A stretch of 46,206 bases of DNA from a virus (lineage: Duplodnaviria > Caudoviricetes), in the IMG/VR virus record IMGVR_UViG_3300048606_000106, positions 1 to 46,206 of that record; one strand, given 5' to 3'. The notes under the pieces were generated by a model. That model saw only the letters and a list, made by a program, of their open reading frames with translations. It was not told where the DNA came from and did no database searches. Shown here piece after piece: positions 1-8,485 of this stretch (the stretch's first letter is position 1; each line of letters begins with the position of its first letter). The position numbers and the translations under genes are program-made.

Positions 1-56
1 CCGCGCTTGCCTTCGGGGTGTCGCTTCCAAGTCTGCCGCTCGCGCAGGATCGCCAT
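1..56 (-). CDS. 5' end of a gene running off the window (MAILRERQTWKRHPEGKR...), position compatible with portal/head module
   Basis: ATG at 56 after a ~130 nt intergenic gap downstream of the terminase block; function from position only. Confidence 0.4.
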   Translation of the reverse strand, partial: MAILRERQTWKRHPEGKR

Positions 57-185
57 GCTGGACGCCTAGCACGGGCTAACTATTAGCCGAGCGGCCAGAT
101 TGAAAATGGGCCACTACCCAAAATCGTATATGGCCACGCGGTGGCGCGTTGTGTCAGGGGGTGCGATCCCAGCGCCGCGCCTCGG

Positions 186-1268
186 TCACGAGATGCGTTC
201 GATCTCGGACTCGGCGAACACGCGCCCCATCGCTACGCCGCCGTCCACTTCCACGAACCAGCTACGCTCACCCTGGAGCGGTGCCATCAACACGCCCGAT
301 CCGCGCGTGCCGTCACGTGTCCACCGCACCCGATCGCCGGCCTGCAGCGGACGGTCGGCTACAGCTGACACCTCGCGCCGCGGGCCGAGGGGTTGGCACT
401 GCACCATCGGCCGCCTATCCGGCTCGATGTGCGCGGGCTCGTCGTTGGTTGCGGCCAGCTTCATCTTCTCGATCGCGGCGTCCATCGCCTCGCGCAGGTT
501 GGTTGGGCCAGGCTTGTTCGAGAAGCGCATGCCACTCTCAACCGCCGGCGCACTCACCCACAAATGCGCGCCAGCCGGCACGGTGTCACCCGGCTTTACC
601 AGCACGCGCTTGCCGGCGTCGCTCGTGTAGTAGAGATGCGCTTCCGGCGTCACGCTGTCGACCGTGATCGCAGGCAAGTTTATGCCGACGCGCCCGAAAT
701 ACTCCGGCGGTCGTGGACTCACCTCGATGGCAAGCTCGCCGGGCTCGAACCGCGGATCGCTAAGCAGCGCGCCATCGTAAACACCCAGTTCCACGCCCAT
801 GTTGGCCGCGCGCCGCAGATGGTCCAGCGTCTCGTCAACCGCCCGCTGCGGAGTCTTGTCCCCTACGCCACGGCAGTTGGCGCAACACCCGATCCAGTCG
901 TCTGCCTTCAGCGCCGCGCAGCTGTAACAAGCTTCGTTCCCGGCCGCTCGACGGCGGCCGGCGAGTGCGTTCAGCTGTTCGCGCTCGGCGGCGGTTACCT
1001 TTGCAACCAGATCTATTTGCTCTGGCCGCGGAAACTCCGCGCGCGCCAACGCCATTACCGCAGCAGCCCGTTCGGGTCCGAGTGCGTGGAGGACGGTGGT
1101 CGGTCCAAAGTATTGCAGCGACTGCGTCGTAGTCGGCACTGTCTCTGTCGGCGCATCCTGCGGCGGCTGCCATCTGTCACGCCAGCCGCGAGGCGCCGTG
1201 CAATAACTCGCGTGCGGCGTAACCACGCCGAAGCCGCATTGCTCGCAGGGTTTGCGTGGGTCGTTCAT
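186..1268 (-). CDS. Hypothetical multi-module protein with CxxC motifs and a C-terminal SH3/KOW-like segment
   Basis: ATG 1268 overlaps the upstream stop (ATGA); CEQC, CYSC and CANC motifs; LQAGDRVRW tail. Confidence 0.7.
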   Translation of the reverse strand: MNDPRKPCEQCGFGVVTPHASYCTAPRGWRDRWQPPQDAPTETVPTTTQSLQYFGPTTVLHALGPERAAAVMALARAEFPRPEQIDLVAKVTAAEREQLNALAGRRRAAGNEACYSCAALKADDWIGCCANCRGVGDKTPQRAVDETLDHLRRAANMGVELGVYDGALLSDPRFEPGELAIEVSPRPPEYFGRVGINLPAITVDSVTPEAHLYYTSDAGKRVLVKPGDTVPAGAHLWVSAPAVESGMRFSNKPGPTNLREAMDAAIEKMKLAATNDEPAHIEPDRRPMVQCQPLGPRREVSAVADRPLQAGDRVRWTRDGTRGSGVLMAPLQGERSWFVEVDGGVAMGRVFAESEIERIS

Positions 1269-1501
1269 GTCGTCCTCAGCGTCACCAGCGTCACCAGCGT
1301 CACCAGCAGCGGTGACTTTCGCAGTGGGCACCAGTCGGGAGGCTCTGGCTTACCAAGCCTAACCCATCGCTGCGCGCGCGACTTGGTCTCAACGGCTTCC
1401 GGGTGCATACACGCGCAATTGTCAGGAGACCATGTGGTGTTCTCAAGAAACGGACAGTCCGCGCAGCCCGTGACCTCGGCGGTGGTGATCGTGTCGGTCA
1501 C
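1265..1501 (-). CDS. Small Cys/His-rich protein (paralog of 4388..4612)
   Basis: GCADCP...CMHP...PDWCPLR...LVTLR pattern; coupled to both neighbours. Confidence 0.75.
   Translation of the reverse strand: MTDTITTAEVTGCADCPFLENTTWSPDNCACMHPEAVETKSRAQRWVRLGKPEPPDWCPLRKSPLLVTLVTLVTLRTT
1277..1309. repeat. 9-bp tandem repeat (cagcgtcac x3) encoding LVT-LVT-LVT
   Basis: Directly visible in sequence. Confidence 0.85.
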
Positions 1502-1635
1502 GGGGTCAGCTCCTTCTCCTCATGCAGCACGCAACCAAACTCCGCCTTCGTCACGAGGCACGCGAAGTAGTCGCTCGCGTCCTGAACGAACATGACTGCA
1601 TCGTCCATCCAGGTGGCGCAGCGCTTCTCAGCCAT
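1498..1635 (-). CDS. 45-aa hypothetical protein (MAEKRCATW...TKAEFGCVLHEEKELTP)
   Basis: Translated by hand; overlaps the terL stop and the next start (GTGA). Confidence 0.6.
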   Translation of the reverse strand: MAEKRCATWMDDAVMFVQDASDYFACLVTKAEFGCVLHEEKELTP

Positions 1636-3232
1636 ACCGCAGCCTCCTATCCGGCAAGTTCCGCGTCAACCCACTGGTCAGCGTTTCCGCCGCGGGGGCG
1701 AAGGTTGGTACCGACCCCACCTGCGAGCTCGCCGCCCAAACCGCGAGCACCAGCGCGCTCACGATATCCCCGTGCGCACCGCCTTTGCGCGGGCTGCTGA
1801 TGCTCAGATTCCCGCCGGCCGTGGGTCGGGCCACGACATCCTTCAGCTGCGCCAGCAGCCTCTCGTGGCCGGCCGACATGCGTAGCCGACCCTCACGCAT
1901 CATGGTCCGCGTGGCCACGTACGGGACGGCTGGGTCGCGCGGCGCTTCGGTCAAGCTCCACGTTCCACCCTGCTCGCGCACGGACTCGATATAGTGCTGG
2001 TCCGCCAGTACCTGCTCGCACTTGTGCTGCTTGGCCCGTTCGAGCAGTTGCGCGATGGTCTCGCTCGGCTTCAGGCGTTCGCCTTTGGGCACGATGATCT
2101 CGAGCACCTCCACCAGGTCGATGTGATAGCCATCGGCGTGGAGGCGCACGACGCATGCTGCGCTGGGGTCTTTGCGGAAGCCGGTGTCTAGGCCGCAGAA
2201 CGTGCGGGCGAATTGCTGCATCGGCAGCACGAGTGCCATATCTTCGATGATGCTGAGTTTGATGGCGGCGGCTTCGAAGAACTGGGCGGTCCCGGCTTCC
2301 ATCGGAACGGCGTCGTATTCGAGCATGGCGTTCTGCGCGTCGCGCGCGCGTTCACTCGCCACCATCTCGGCCGTGGTCTCATCCGGCTGCAGCGTGGTGG
2401 TCTTGGCGTGCACGGCGATCGCGTTGACCGGCGTTCCGAAGTTGGCTTTCCACAAGTTGTAGAGCAGACCGCCCTCGGTCCATGGCGTGGATGGCATCAT
2501 CACCTGCGCGCCCGGAAGCAGCGCGGGACGCAACGCGAGATAAATCTCCTCGTCGTTCACCGCATAGTTGCCGTCACGAAAGAAGCACGCCTCATCCATG
2601 ACCGCCGCGAACAGTGTGCCCGACCGTGCTCCCAGGCCGCCGGAGCTCGCAGCCTTGCACACGATGCCAGCGGTCTTGCCGTCCGGTCGCAGCAGCACCA
2701 ACTGCTCGGCCGTGTCGTGCCGGATCATGGCGGCGATCTCACTGTTGGCATTCGCTGCGCCGGAACAAAATCGCAACACCTGCCGCGCCTGGGACAGCGT
2801 CGGGGCGATGATGACCCCGAAGCCAATCTCGCCCTTGGCCAGTCTGGCCAGCGAGTGGATCAGCGCGAGATGCAGCACGCGTATCGCGCAGACGTAGCTC
2901 TTGCCCGCGCGTCGGCCGGCAAGGATGGCGACGATAGCGCGGTGCATCCTGCCGAACTCTTCGGAGGCGCCGAACAGCTCGCGGGCTAGTTCGCGTTCTT
3001 CGCCTTCGAGGTCGCGTGGCTCAACGCCGTCGAAGCACACGAGGGCGAGCACGCGTTGTGCTGGGGTGAGTTTGATCTCGAGCAGCTTGCAGAAGTCGAT
3101 AAAACTAGTCGGGATCTGTATCTGCTGGGAGCGCTTCGACGATACGCTCGTCGCCAATCTCTGCCTCGACCATTGGCTCACCGCCTCCGAAACGTCGGGC
3201 AGCAGCGCGGTGTACCTTTTCACGTTCTGCAT
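1628..3232 (-). CDS. terL: Terminase large subunit
   Basis: Walker A AGRRAGKS, Walker B VMDEACF, STPW coupling motif, nuclease motifs CGLDTG and HGDIVSAL; exact start uncertain. Confidence 0.93.
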   Translation of the reverse strand: MQNVKRYTALLPDVSEAVSQWSRQRLATSVSSKRSQQIQIPTSFIDFCKLLEIKLTPAQRVLALVCFDGVEPRDLEGEERELARELFGASEEFGRMHRAIVAILAGRRAGKSYVCAIRVLHLALIHSLARLAKGEIGFGVIIAPTLSQARQVLRFCSGAANANSEIAAMIRHDTAEQLVLLRPDGKTAGIVCKAASSGGLGARSGTLFAAVMDEACFFRDGNYAVNDEEIYLALRPALLPGAQVMMPSTPWTEGGLLYNLWKANFGTPVNAIAVHAKTTTLQPDETTAEMVASERARDAQNAMLEYDAVPMEAGTAQFFEAAAIKLSIIEDMALVLPMQQFARTFCGLDTGFRKDPSAACVVRLHADGYHIDLVEVLEIIVPKGERLKPSETIAQLLERAKQHKCEQVLADQHYIESVREQGGTWSLTEAPRDPAVPYVATRTMMREGRLRMSAGHERLLAQLKDVVARPTAGGNLSISSPRKGGAHGDIVSALVLAVWAASSQVGSVPTFAPAAETLTSGLTRNLPDRRLRYG

Positions 3233-3611
3233 CGGTGATGCTCGGGTCGGCCAGAATCTCGTCGAGCGCCTTCATCACCTGCTCGCCGATGGACTGCTGC
3301 GCCTGCGCCTTGGGCGTGAACTCGTCGGGGAACCAAACTGATAGCAAGTACTGCGATGCGTTCGGCGTTGTGAACCCGTGCTCCTTGAGCTTGTCGATCT
3401 CGTCGCTGGCCAAGTCCGCCTTCACCTCGAGGACATCGGCCGCAAACGAGGCAAAGGGTTCTTCGTCCAGCTCTGCCCTGCACAGCCAGTCGTACAACGT
3501 TCTGCGCCCGATGCGCGCCTTTGCGCACGCGAGTTGGTAGCTGCCCGCACGCCGTAACGCGTGGAGAAACTTGGTCGCTCTCTCGGGTGTGAGCGTGTGC
3601 GTTCTTGCCAT
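3105..3611 (-). CDS. terS: Terminase small subunit
   Basis: N-terminal HTH (ACAKARIGRRTLYDW) directly upstream of and overlapping terL. Confidence 0.8.
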   Translation of the reverse strand: MARTHTLTPERATKFLHALRRAGSYQLACAKARIGRRTLYDWLCRAELDEEPFASFAADVLEVKADLASDEIDKLKEHGFTTPNASQYLLSVWFPDEFTPKAQAQQSIGEQVMKALDEILADPSITDAEREKVHRAAARRFGGGEPMVEAEIGDERIVEALPADTDPD

Positions 3612-3656
3612 GGACTATCATTGGTCGCGCGCGCGAGACCGTGTGCGGTTATTGTG

Positions 3657-3824
3657 TCAGCGGAATGCGTGCCCGCTGAACTGCAACACGCCCAACAGCA
3701 GCAGCGTGAGCACAACGATCACGAACAGCGCTGCTTTCGACAGTGGGGTGATGAGCGCCGTGGCGATCTCGATCACCAGGTAGATGATGGCTAGGACTAC
3801 GAGGATTGTTACGAGTGGTGTCAT
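3657..3824 (-). CDS. Small two-TM membrane protein (possible holin-like)
   Basis: 55 aa with two strongly hydrophobic segments; ATGA coupling. Confidence 0.6.
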   Translation of the reverse strand: MTPLVTILVVLAIIYLVIEIATALITPLSKAALFVIVVLTLLLLGVLQFSGHAFR

Positions 3825-4012
3825 GGGGTTACCTTTCGAGAATCTCTTTTGCTGTCGTAGTGCCGAAGCGCCGCGAACGTCAGCCACGACAATCCGGCCG
3901 CGCCCCAGTTCCACGCCAGCGCTAACTCGCCGTTCGATGCCGCGTTCACGCCGAGGACGACGCCCAGCGTTCCGTTGAACACGGCGATAAATGTGGTTGT
4001 TCGATCCGTCAC
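3821..4012 (-). CDS. Small membrane protein
   Basis: Two hydrophobic segments and a basic tail; GTGA/ATGA coupling. Confidence 0.55.
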   Translation of the reverse strand: MTDRTTTFIAVFNGTLGVVLGVNAASNGELALAWNWGAAGLSWLTFAALRHYDSKRDSRKVTP

Positions 4013-4206
4013 GCTCTCACCCACTGCATCAACAGCTCCACGCGCCCCACATACATCCCGCTACGGCGATTCCCTGGACCGGCCAACAACACCCGGTCTG
4101 CAGCCTCATCGTAGCTGACCACCTTCCAGTCGAGCGTGTCGTCGGGCCGCTTCCAGCGCTGGCCGGTTTCGATTTGCGGGCGGGGTTGGCGTTGGTTCAC
4201 GGTCAT
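4009..4206 (-). CDS. Hypothetical protein, SH3-like (IETGQRWKR...WKVVSYD)
   Basis: Coupled ORF in operon. Confidence 0.6.
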   Translation of the reverse strand: MTVNQRQPRPQIETGQRWKRPDDTLDWKVVSYDEAADRVLLAGPGNRRSGMYVGRVELLMQWVRA

Positions 4207-4391
4207 GGTTTGCCCTTCGTCGCCCACGCTTCCCGAAACCTCGGGCTGGGCGCGCACACACCGTCGACCAGTTCGCGGCCGAGGAACGCTGACACCACGC
4301 CTTGAAACCTGACGTGTACATCTGATATGAAACCAGGATTGGAGATGCTGGAGCGCTCTTCCCGAGCCGACTGTTCTCGCTCTTCCATCAC
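4203..4391 (-). CDS. Hypothetical protein
   Basis: Coupled ORF filling the operon gap. Confidence 0.5.
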   Translation of the reverse strand: MMEEREQSAREERSSISNPGFISDVHVRFQGVVSAFLGRELVDGVCAPSPRFREAWATKGKP

Positions 4392-4612
4392 TTGACCCTC
4401 AGCGTAACAAGCGCCTGCTCAACGCGCAGCGGACACCACTCTGGCGCTGTAACCATGGAGCGCTGGTCCACGTTTCGATCCTGCACGACGCTGGGGGCTG
4501 CGCGCATACGTGACAGCGGGTGATCGCAGACTAGCAGCCTTCCGCGATTGTCGTCCCACGCGACGCTCATCGGACAGTCGCTGCATCCGCTTACGCTGAT
4601 CTCAAACGCCAT
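4388..4612 (-). CDS. Small Cys/His-rich protein (paralog of 1265..1501)
   Basis: GCSDCP...CDHP...PEWCPLR...LVTLR. Confidence 0.75.
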   Translation of the reverse strand: MAFEISVSGCSDCPMSVAWDDNRGRLLVCDHPLSRMRAAPSVVQDRNVDQRSMVTAPEWCPLRVEQALVTLRVK

Positions 4613-4779
4613 CACTCCACCACCTTCCACCGATGGCAACTCTCCAGATGCCAGCACGTGAGACACATGTGCTCGCCGTTATGCGCCATCACGTCCACCG
4701 CGCAGAACGCCTTGCACACTGGCTCGGCGATCTCTTCGATGGTGCAGCGCTTCTGGCCGCATGGGGATTGGTCGAGCAT
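4612..4779 (-). CDS. 55-aa Cys-rich hypothetical protein (MLDQSPCGQKRC...CLTCWH)
   Basis: Hand translation; TGATG overlaps at both ends. Confidence 0.55.
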   Translation of the reverse strand: MLDQSPCGQKRCTIEEIAEPVCKAFCAVDVMAHNGEHMCLTCWHLESCHRWKVVE

Positions 4780-5261
4780 CACCCTCGTTTGGCCTTCCGC
4801 TTAGGCGCCACCGCCGGCAGCTTGCCCGTCGCCACGATCGCTATCGTCTGCACATTCGCCGGCTCGCTGGTACGCAACATCTCTTCCGGACACAGCCGAT
4901 CCGCCGCCTGACGCAACGTTGCTGCCATGCGGGCCGCGTCGCTTACGTCTGACTTCGACATCGCTTCCACGTCGCATACGCGCAGCTCATGCACCGCGGT
5001 GATCTCTTGCAACGCCGCGACTACAAGGTTGACAAGCTCGCGTGTGTTTGACCGCTGTGCCAGATTGAACACGTCGCCGAGACGCATGTGCCGGTCCTGC
5101 TCCTCCAGCATGAACATCCGCTTGGATACGTCGTCGCTGAATCCGCACGCGTCACCGATCTCTTTGTGTCCCAGGTTGACTCTTACTCGCGCGCTGATTA
5201 GCGCCCGTTTTGCTTGCAGTGAGCCTGCCTCTCGTATCGCGCTCACCTGTCGTTCGCCCAT
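4779..5261 (-). CDS. XRE-like HTH protein, possible transcriptional regulator
   Basis: ARVRVNLGHKEIGDACG resembles XRE helices 1-2; basic C-terminus. Confidence 0.5.
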   Translation of the reverse strand: MGERQVSAIREAGSLQAKRALISARVRVNLGHKEIGDACGFSDDVSKRMFMLEEQDRHMRLGDVFNLAQRSNTRELVNLVVAALQEITAVHELRVCDVEAMSKSDVSDAARMAATLRQAADRLCPEEMLRTSEPANVQTIAIVATGKLPAVAPKRKAKRG

Positions 5262-5270
5262 GATTTGCTG

Positions 5271-6353
5271 CTACATCTTCCTGCTGGTCAGACTGTAAAA
5301 CTGGTTCGCAAATACCCGCGCTTGACCGGAGCAGCCGAGCAATCGCATGCCCGGCTTCGGGTGGTCGCCAGCTTGTAAGCTGCCCCAGTGGCTGGCATTT
5401 ACGCAAGGGGTGGTGAGTTTGCCGAGTTCCCAGTCCGCTACTCGCTGCATCGTCGCGCGCCAAAATCCAGCGTACTTCGACCAGTCGAGATTGCGTGGCC
5501 AGTGGTCCGGGCGTGCGTCACCGTCGTACGAAAGCTCAAGCAGCCAGGGGCGGCGGGCTTGCTGACTGTCGCTGCCGAACAGCCGGCAGTAACCGGTCAC
5601 ATGGTCGATGAGCGTGAGCGCTGGGTCGACACGCTGCCGTTGGTGCCACCGGTTCGCCAACGCGCCAAGGATTGCGAGCTGCTCTTGCGCTCTGCTGGCA
5701 CGACCGTCCGTGTCCACGCCGACCTCGGCTGCGAGACAGATGGCGAGTGCCCGGTGGAGTTCGAGCGTCCACTGGTCGGGCTCTACCGGGGGCGGAAAAC
5801 GCCTTGCTTCTGCAGGCGTTTGGCCGCTTCCTCCATCGCCCCTTCCATGTCCATCCGCTTGACCGGCGCGTCCGGATTGAAGTCGGGATACCACTCCGCG
5901 AGCACTTCGAACGTTGCCGCTTTGAGCTTGGGCATGTAGCGGGCTATCTGCGCTGGGCGTGACATCAGCGAACGTCGGGACTCCTGCTTCGCCTTGCGCT
6001 GTTGGCGATGCGCCTTCGCTGACGTGGTCTCCACGCTCATCCCAACGAACTTGCGCTGGGTAGGCGCTACCGGCGTCGGTCGCTTTGGTGATTCCGGATC
6101 GTTCACGTGCGCCTCGTAGTGATCGAACGCTTCCCGCATCCGCGGTGGCAACGGTGACTCTCCCGGTCGCCAAGCCTCCGGGCCCGCGTTCACGTTGAAC
6201 AGCGGCTCCTCGTCGAGGGTCGTGTGCCACGGCGGCGTGCTCTTTGGCGTGTGCATCAACCGTCTCCTGCAGGCTGTGATTTTGCTTGAGCAGCAACGCC
6301 TCTGACACCAAGAGCGCCAGACACATCACGCGCATGGTCGCGAGCATGCTCAT
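5271..6353 (-). CDS. Putative secreted/anchored protein with a SleB/Hydrolase_2-like C-terminal domain, interrupted by a frame-preserving insert
   Basis: ATG overlaps the tad1 stop; hydrophobic N-terminus (MRVMCLALLVSEALLL); globular domain from PDQWTLELHRALAICLAAE; off-frame-looking middle. Confidence 0.55.
   Translation of the reverse strand: MSMLATMRVMCLALLVSEALLLKQNHSLQETVDAHAKEHAAVAHDPRRGAAVQRERGPGGLATGRVTVATADAGSVRSLRGARERSGITKATDAGSAYPAQVRWDERGDHVSEGASPTAQGEAGVPTFADVTPSADSPLHAQAQSGNVRSARGVVSRLQSGRAGQADGHGRGDGGSGQTPAEARRFPPPVEPDQWTLELHRALAICLAAEVGVDTDGRASRAQEQLAILGALANRWHQRQRVDPALTLIDHVTGYCRLFGSDSQQARRPWLLELSYDGDARPDHWPRNLDWSKYAGFWRATMQRVADWELGKLTTPCVNASHWGSLQAGDHPKPGMRLLGCSGQARVFANQFYSLTSRKM
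5783..6256 (-). CDS. Nested hypothetical protein (157 aa) in an alternative frame inside 5271..6353
   Basis: Own SD (AGGAG) 7 nt before ATG; codons mostly G/C-ending; natural-looking residue composition. Confidence 0.75.
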   Translation of the reverse strand: MHTPKSTPPWHTTLDEEPLFNVNAGPEAWRPGESPLPPRMREAFDHYEAHVNDPESPKRPTPVAPTQRKFVGMSVETTSAKAHRQQRKAKQESRRSLMSRPAQIARYMPKLKAATFEVLAEWYPDFNPDAPVKRMDMEGAMEEAAKRLQKQGVFRPR

Positions 6354-6721
6354 ACCTCGTGGCTTCCTTCGACGCCGCGGCCCTCTCGATTGCGTGTACG
6401 AAGCTCCAGCGCTTCTAGCGCCTTGCCTACCGAGGCCAGAGCCACCGCGTTCTCGACGCACGCGTACTTGCTCGACTGAAAGCCGCGTAGGCGATCGGCG
6501 ACGATGACCAGTAGAGCTTCGTTTGTGATTCCGTTGATGCCAGTCGTCCCGATGGGGCCGTGCTGGAAAGACAACATACACCCGTAGTCACACCCAGCCT
6601 CGCTCATCGCGGTGATGTCATACTCGTGACTCGCGTTGCCGTTATTCGGGTCGGGCTCGTCTGCCTCGATCTTGATGGCGCGATTTGTGGAATTGGTGTG
6701 GTGTTCGGTTATCAGTCTCAT
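6350..6721 (-). CDS. tad1: Tad1-family Thoeris anti-defence (cyclic-nucleotide sponge) protein
   Basis: G.ASHEY...FQHGP....GINGITNEALL.IV.DRL..FQ...YAC.ENA.AL..V..AL..L..R...R..RGVEG matches the Tad1 family pattern. Confidence 0.85.
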   Translation of the reverse strand: MRLITEHHTNSTNRAIKIEADEPDPNNGNASHEYDITAMSEAGCDYGCMLSFQHGPIGTTGINGITNEALLVIVADRLRGFQSSKYACVENAVALASVGKALEALELRTRNREGRGVEGSHEV

Positions 6722-7419
6722 GGTCCGGTTCCCTTCAAAAGCTGCACCACCGCCTCGAACTTCATCCGCGCGCTCTCTTGCATCCGCGGATTGCACGCTT
6801 CGTTCCTCGCCTCGTAGAGCCGGCGTTCGGCCACGTCTAGCTCTTGCGATGGCTCGTGGTTGCGCTGCCTGGCACGCACGTTGGTCAGCGCTTCGTCAAT
6901 GTGTCGGAGCAGCGTGTCCGCGTCGGACGGCTCGGGCTCGCTGGGGCCGATGGTGAATGTAAGCAGATCGGCAGCCACGGTCCGCAAGGAGGTATCGCTA
7001 CCTGGACCAGGCTCACCGTGGCCGCCGTCTGTTGCCGCAATCTCGCCGCACACGGCCGGTGCGTCAGCCGAAGCTGAGCTGCTCGAGTCTTCTGGTAGCG
7101 CGGGCGGACCGAGTTCGATCCTTCCCGCATGCAGCGCGGCATTGATGATAGCGTCAATCTCTGTTTGCCCATCCAACAAGCGCTGCACATGACCGTTGGT
7201 CGGCACCGCGCTTGCCGCATGCACGCCTTCCGCAACCTCGTCCAGGTCTTGCTGTGCGTGAAACTCGAGGACGATCACGGTCTCGCGCAATCGATTTGCA
7301 ATACGTGGCTGACACAACGCGTCCATGAGCCTCACCGCTTGCTCGACCGACAGCAGCATCTCGTACAGCACGCCGTGCACGAGTCGTGATTCTTGGTTGG
7401 TGGCGTCGAAGGTCAGCAT
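6718..7419 (-). CDS. Hypothetical protein
   Basis: Long ORF coupled to both neighbours. Confidence 0.7.
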   Translation of the reverse strand: MLTFDATNQESRLVHGVLYEMLLSVEQAVRLMDALCQPRIANRLRETVIVLEFHAQQDLDEVAEGVHAASAVPTNGHVQRLLDGQTEIDAIINAALHAGRIELGPPALPEDSSSSASADAPAVCGEIAATDGGHGEPGPGSDTSLRTVAADLLTFTIGPSEPEPSDADTLLRHIDEALTNVRARQRNHEPSQELDVAERRLYEARNEACNPRMQESARMKFEAVVQLLKGTGP

Positions 7420-7946
7420 AGGTCCACCAGCCCTTTGCGCACAGTCGCGATGGCCTCGCGCTGCGCCTGCGTCTCCGGTTCCAACACGCCAGTCAGACAC
7501 AACCCCATCTGCAACAACGCGAAGCAGTCGGCCTCGTTGTCCGACTTGAACGAGCGCTTGTAGCGATTGGCCAACGCGCTCACCACCGCGGACTTGTCAC
7601 CATTCCCCTTGCCGCACGCAAACTTCTTGAGCGTAGTGGGAGCGACTTCGATCACGCGACCCACGTGCGGCGCGATGCGGTCGTACAAAATCCATCGGAA
7701 CCCCGCACGGTCGAACGCTGCGCCACCCATACTGCCAAACGACTGGCCCTCGACAACGAGTAACGCCGGTCGCTTGGCTTCGGCTTCCGCCACGATCGGG
7801 TCTGCGAGGTTTCGGAATCGCGCGAGCGTCGCACGGATACCTTTGGCTGCCTTGCTTTTGAGTTCGTTTTCGAACAGCGTTGCGCCGTCCGATGTTGCGA
7901 ACGCACAACCAGTGAGCGAAGGGTCACACGCCATCACGGTGGTCAT
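7413..7946 (-). CDS. RuvC-like Holliday junction resolvase
   Basis: ACDPSLTGCA, VVEG, PTTLKKFACGKGNGDK and DNEADC motifs. Confidence 0.9.
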   Translation of the reverse strand: MTTVMACDPSLTGCAFATSDGATLFENELKSKAAKGIRATLARFRNLADPIVAEAEAKRPALLVVEGQSFGSMGGAAFDRAGFRWILYDRIAPHVGRVIEVAPTTLKKFACGKGNGDKSAVVSALANRYKRSFKSDNEADCFALLQMGLCLTGVLEPETQAQREAIATVRKGLVDLC

Positions 7947-8485
7947 CGCGCCGCCCTAACCTTCCGACGCGCCGTAACCCCAGCGCTGATCTGCTCCGCC
8001 GTCCGCTCTTCTCTCCGACGCGCAACCGCTTTGGGAAAGTTGGAACGGCGCTTACCAAACGCGGCGTTATGCAACATGTCCCGCGCGGCGATCACCGCGC
8101 ATTCTTTACAGTGCTTCGTGGTCGCTCGGCGCCAGTTGGTTAGCGGCATGATCTGGATCGCGCCACACTCGCATCGCACCTCGGCGAAGTACGATTGCGC
8201 GATACGCCACAGCGCGGAGAGGCGTCTCATGCCGAGTTGACGCGGGGCACGTATCACAGTGTTGAGCAGGTCGAGCGCGAGTGCGTCACCGCTCACAGTG
8301 TCATCGTGCAGCGGTACGTTGACCGCTCTCGACATGTCGCGCTCGATCTTTTCGGCACGAGGTTGTGCTCGGTACGGGGCGAGCGCAAAGGTCAACGCCC
8401 AGCGTTCGCGCACGTGCTCGGTCGGTGGTAGTGGCGCGCGGACCACTTCGTTGACGTAGACGATGGTGGTGGCGTCGTCGGTCAT
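7943..8485 (-). CDS. Hypothetical protein with Zn-ribbon (VRCECG...HCKEC)
   Basis: Cys motifs; ATGA coupling. Confidence 0.65.
   Translation of the reverse strand: MTDDATTIVYVNEVVRAPLPPTEHVRERWALTFALAPYRAQPRAEKIERDMSRAVNVPLHDDTVSGDALALDLLNTVIRAPRQLGMRRLSALWRIAQSYFAEVRCECGAIQIMPLTNWRRATTKHCKECAVIAARDMLHNAAFGKRRSNFPKAVARRREERTAEQISAGVTARRKVRAAR

Noticed and set aside
57-185. Hairpin GGCTAA-CTA-TTAGCC and AT-rich patch as late promoter or terminator
   Set aside because: Plausible, but no convincing -35/-10 pair or U-tract
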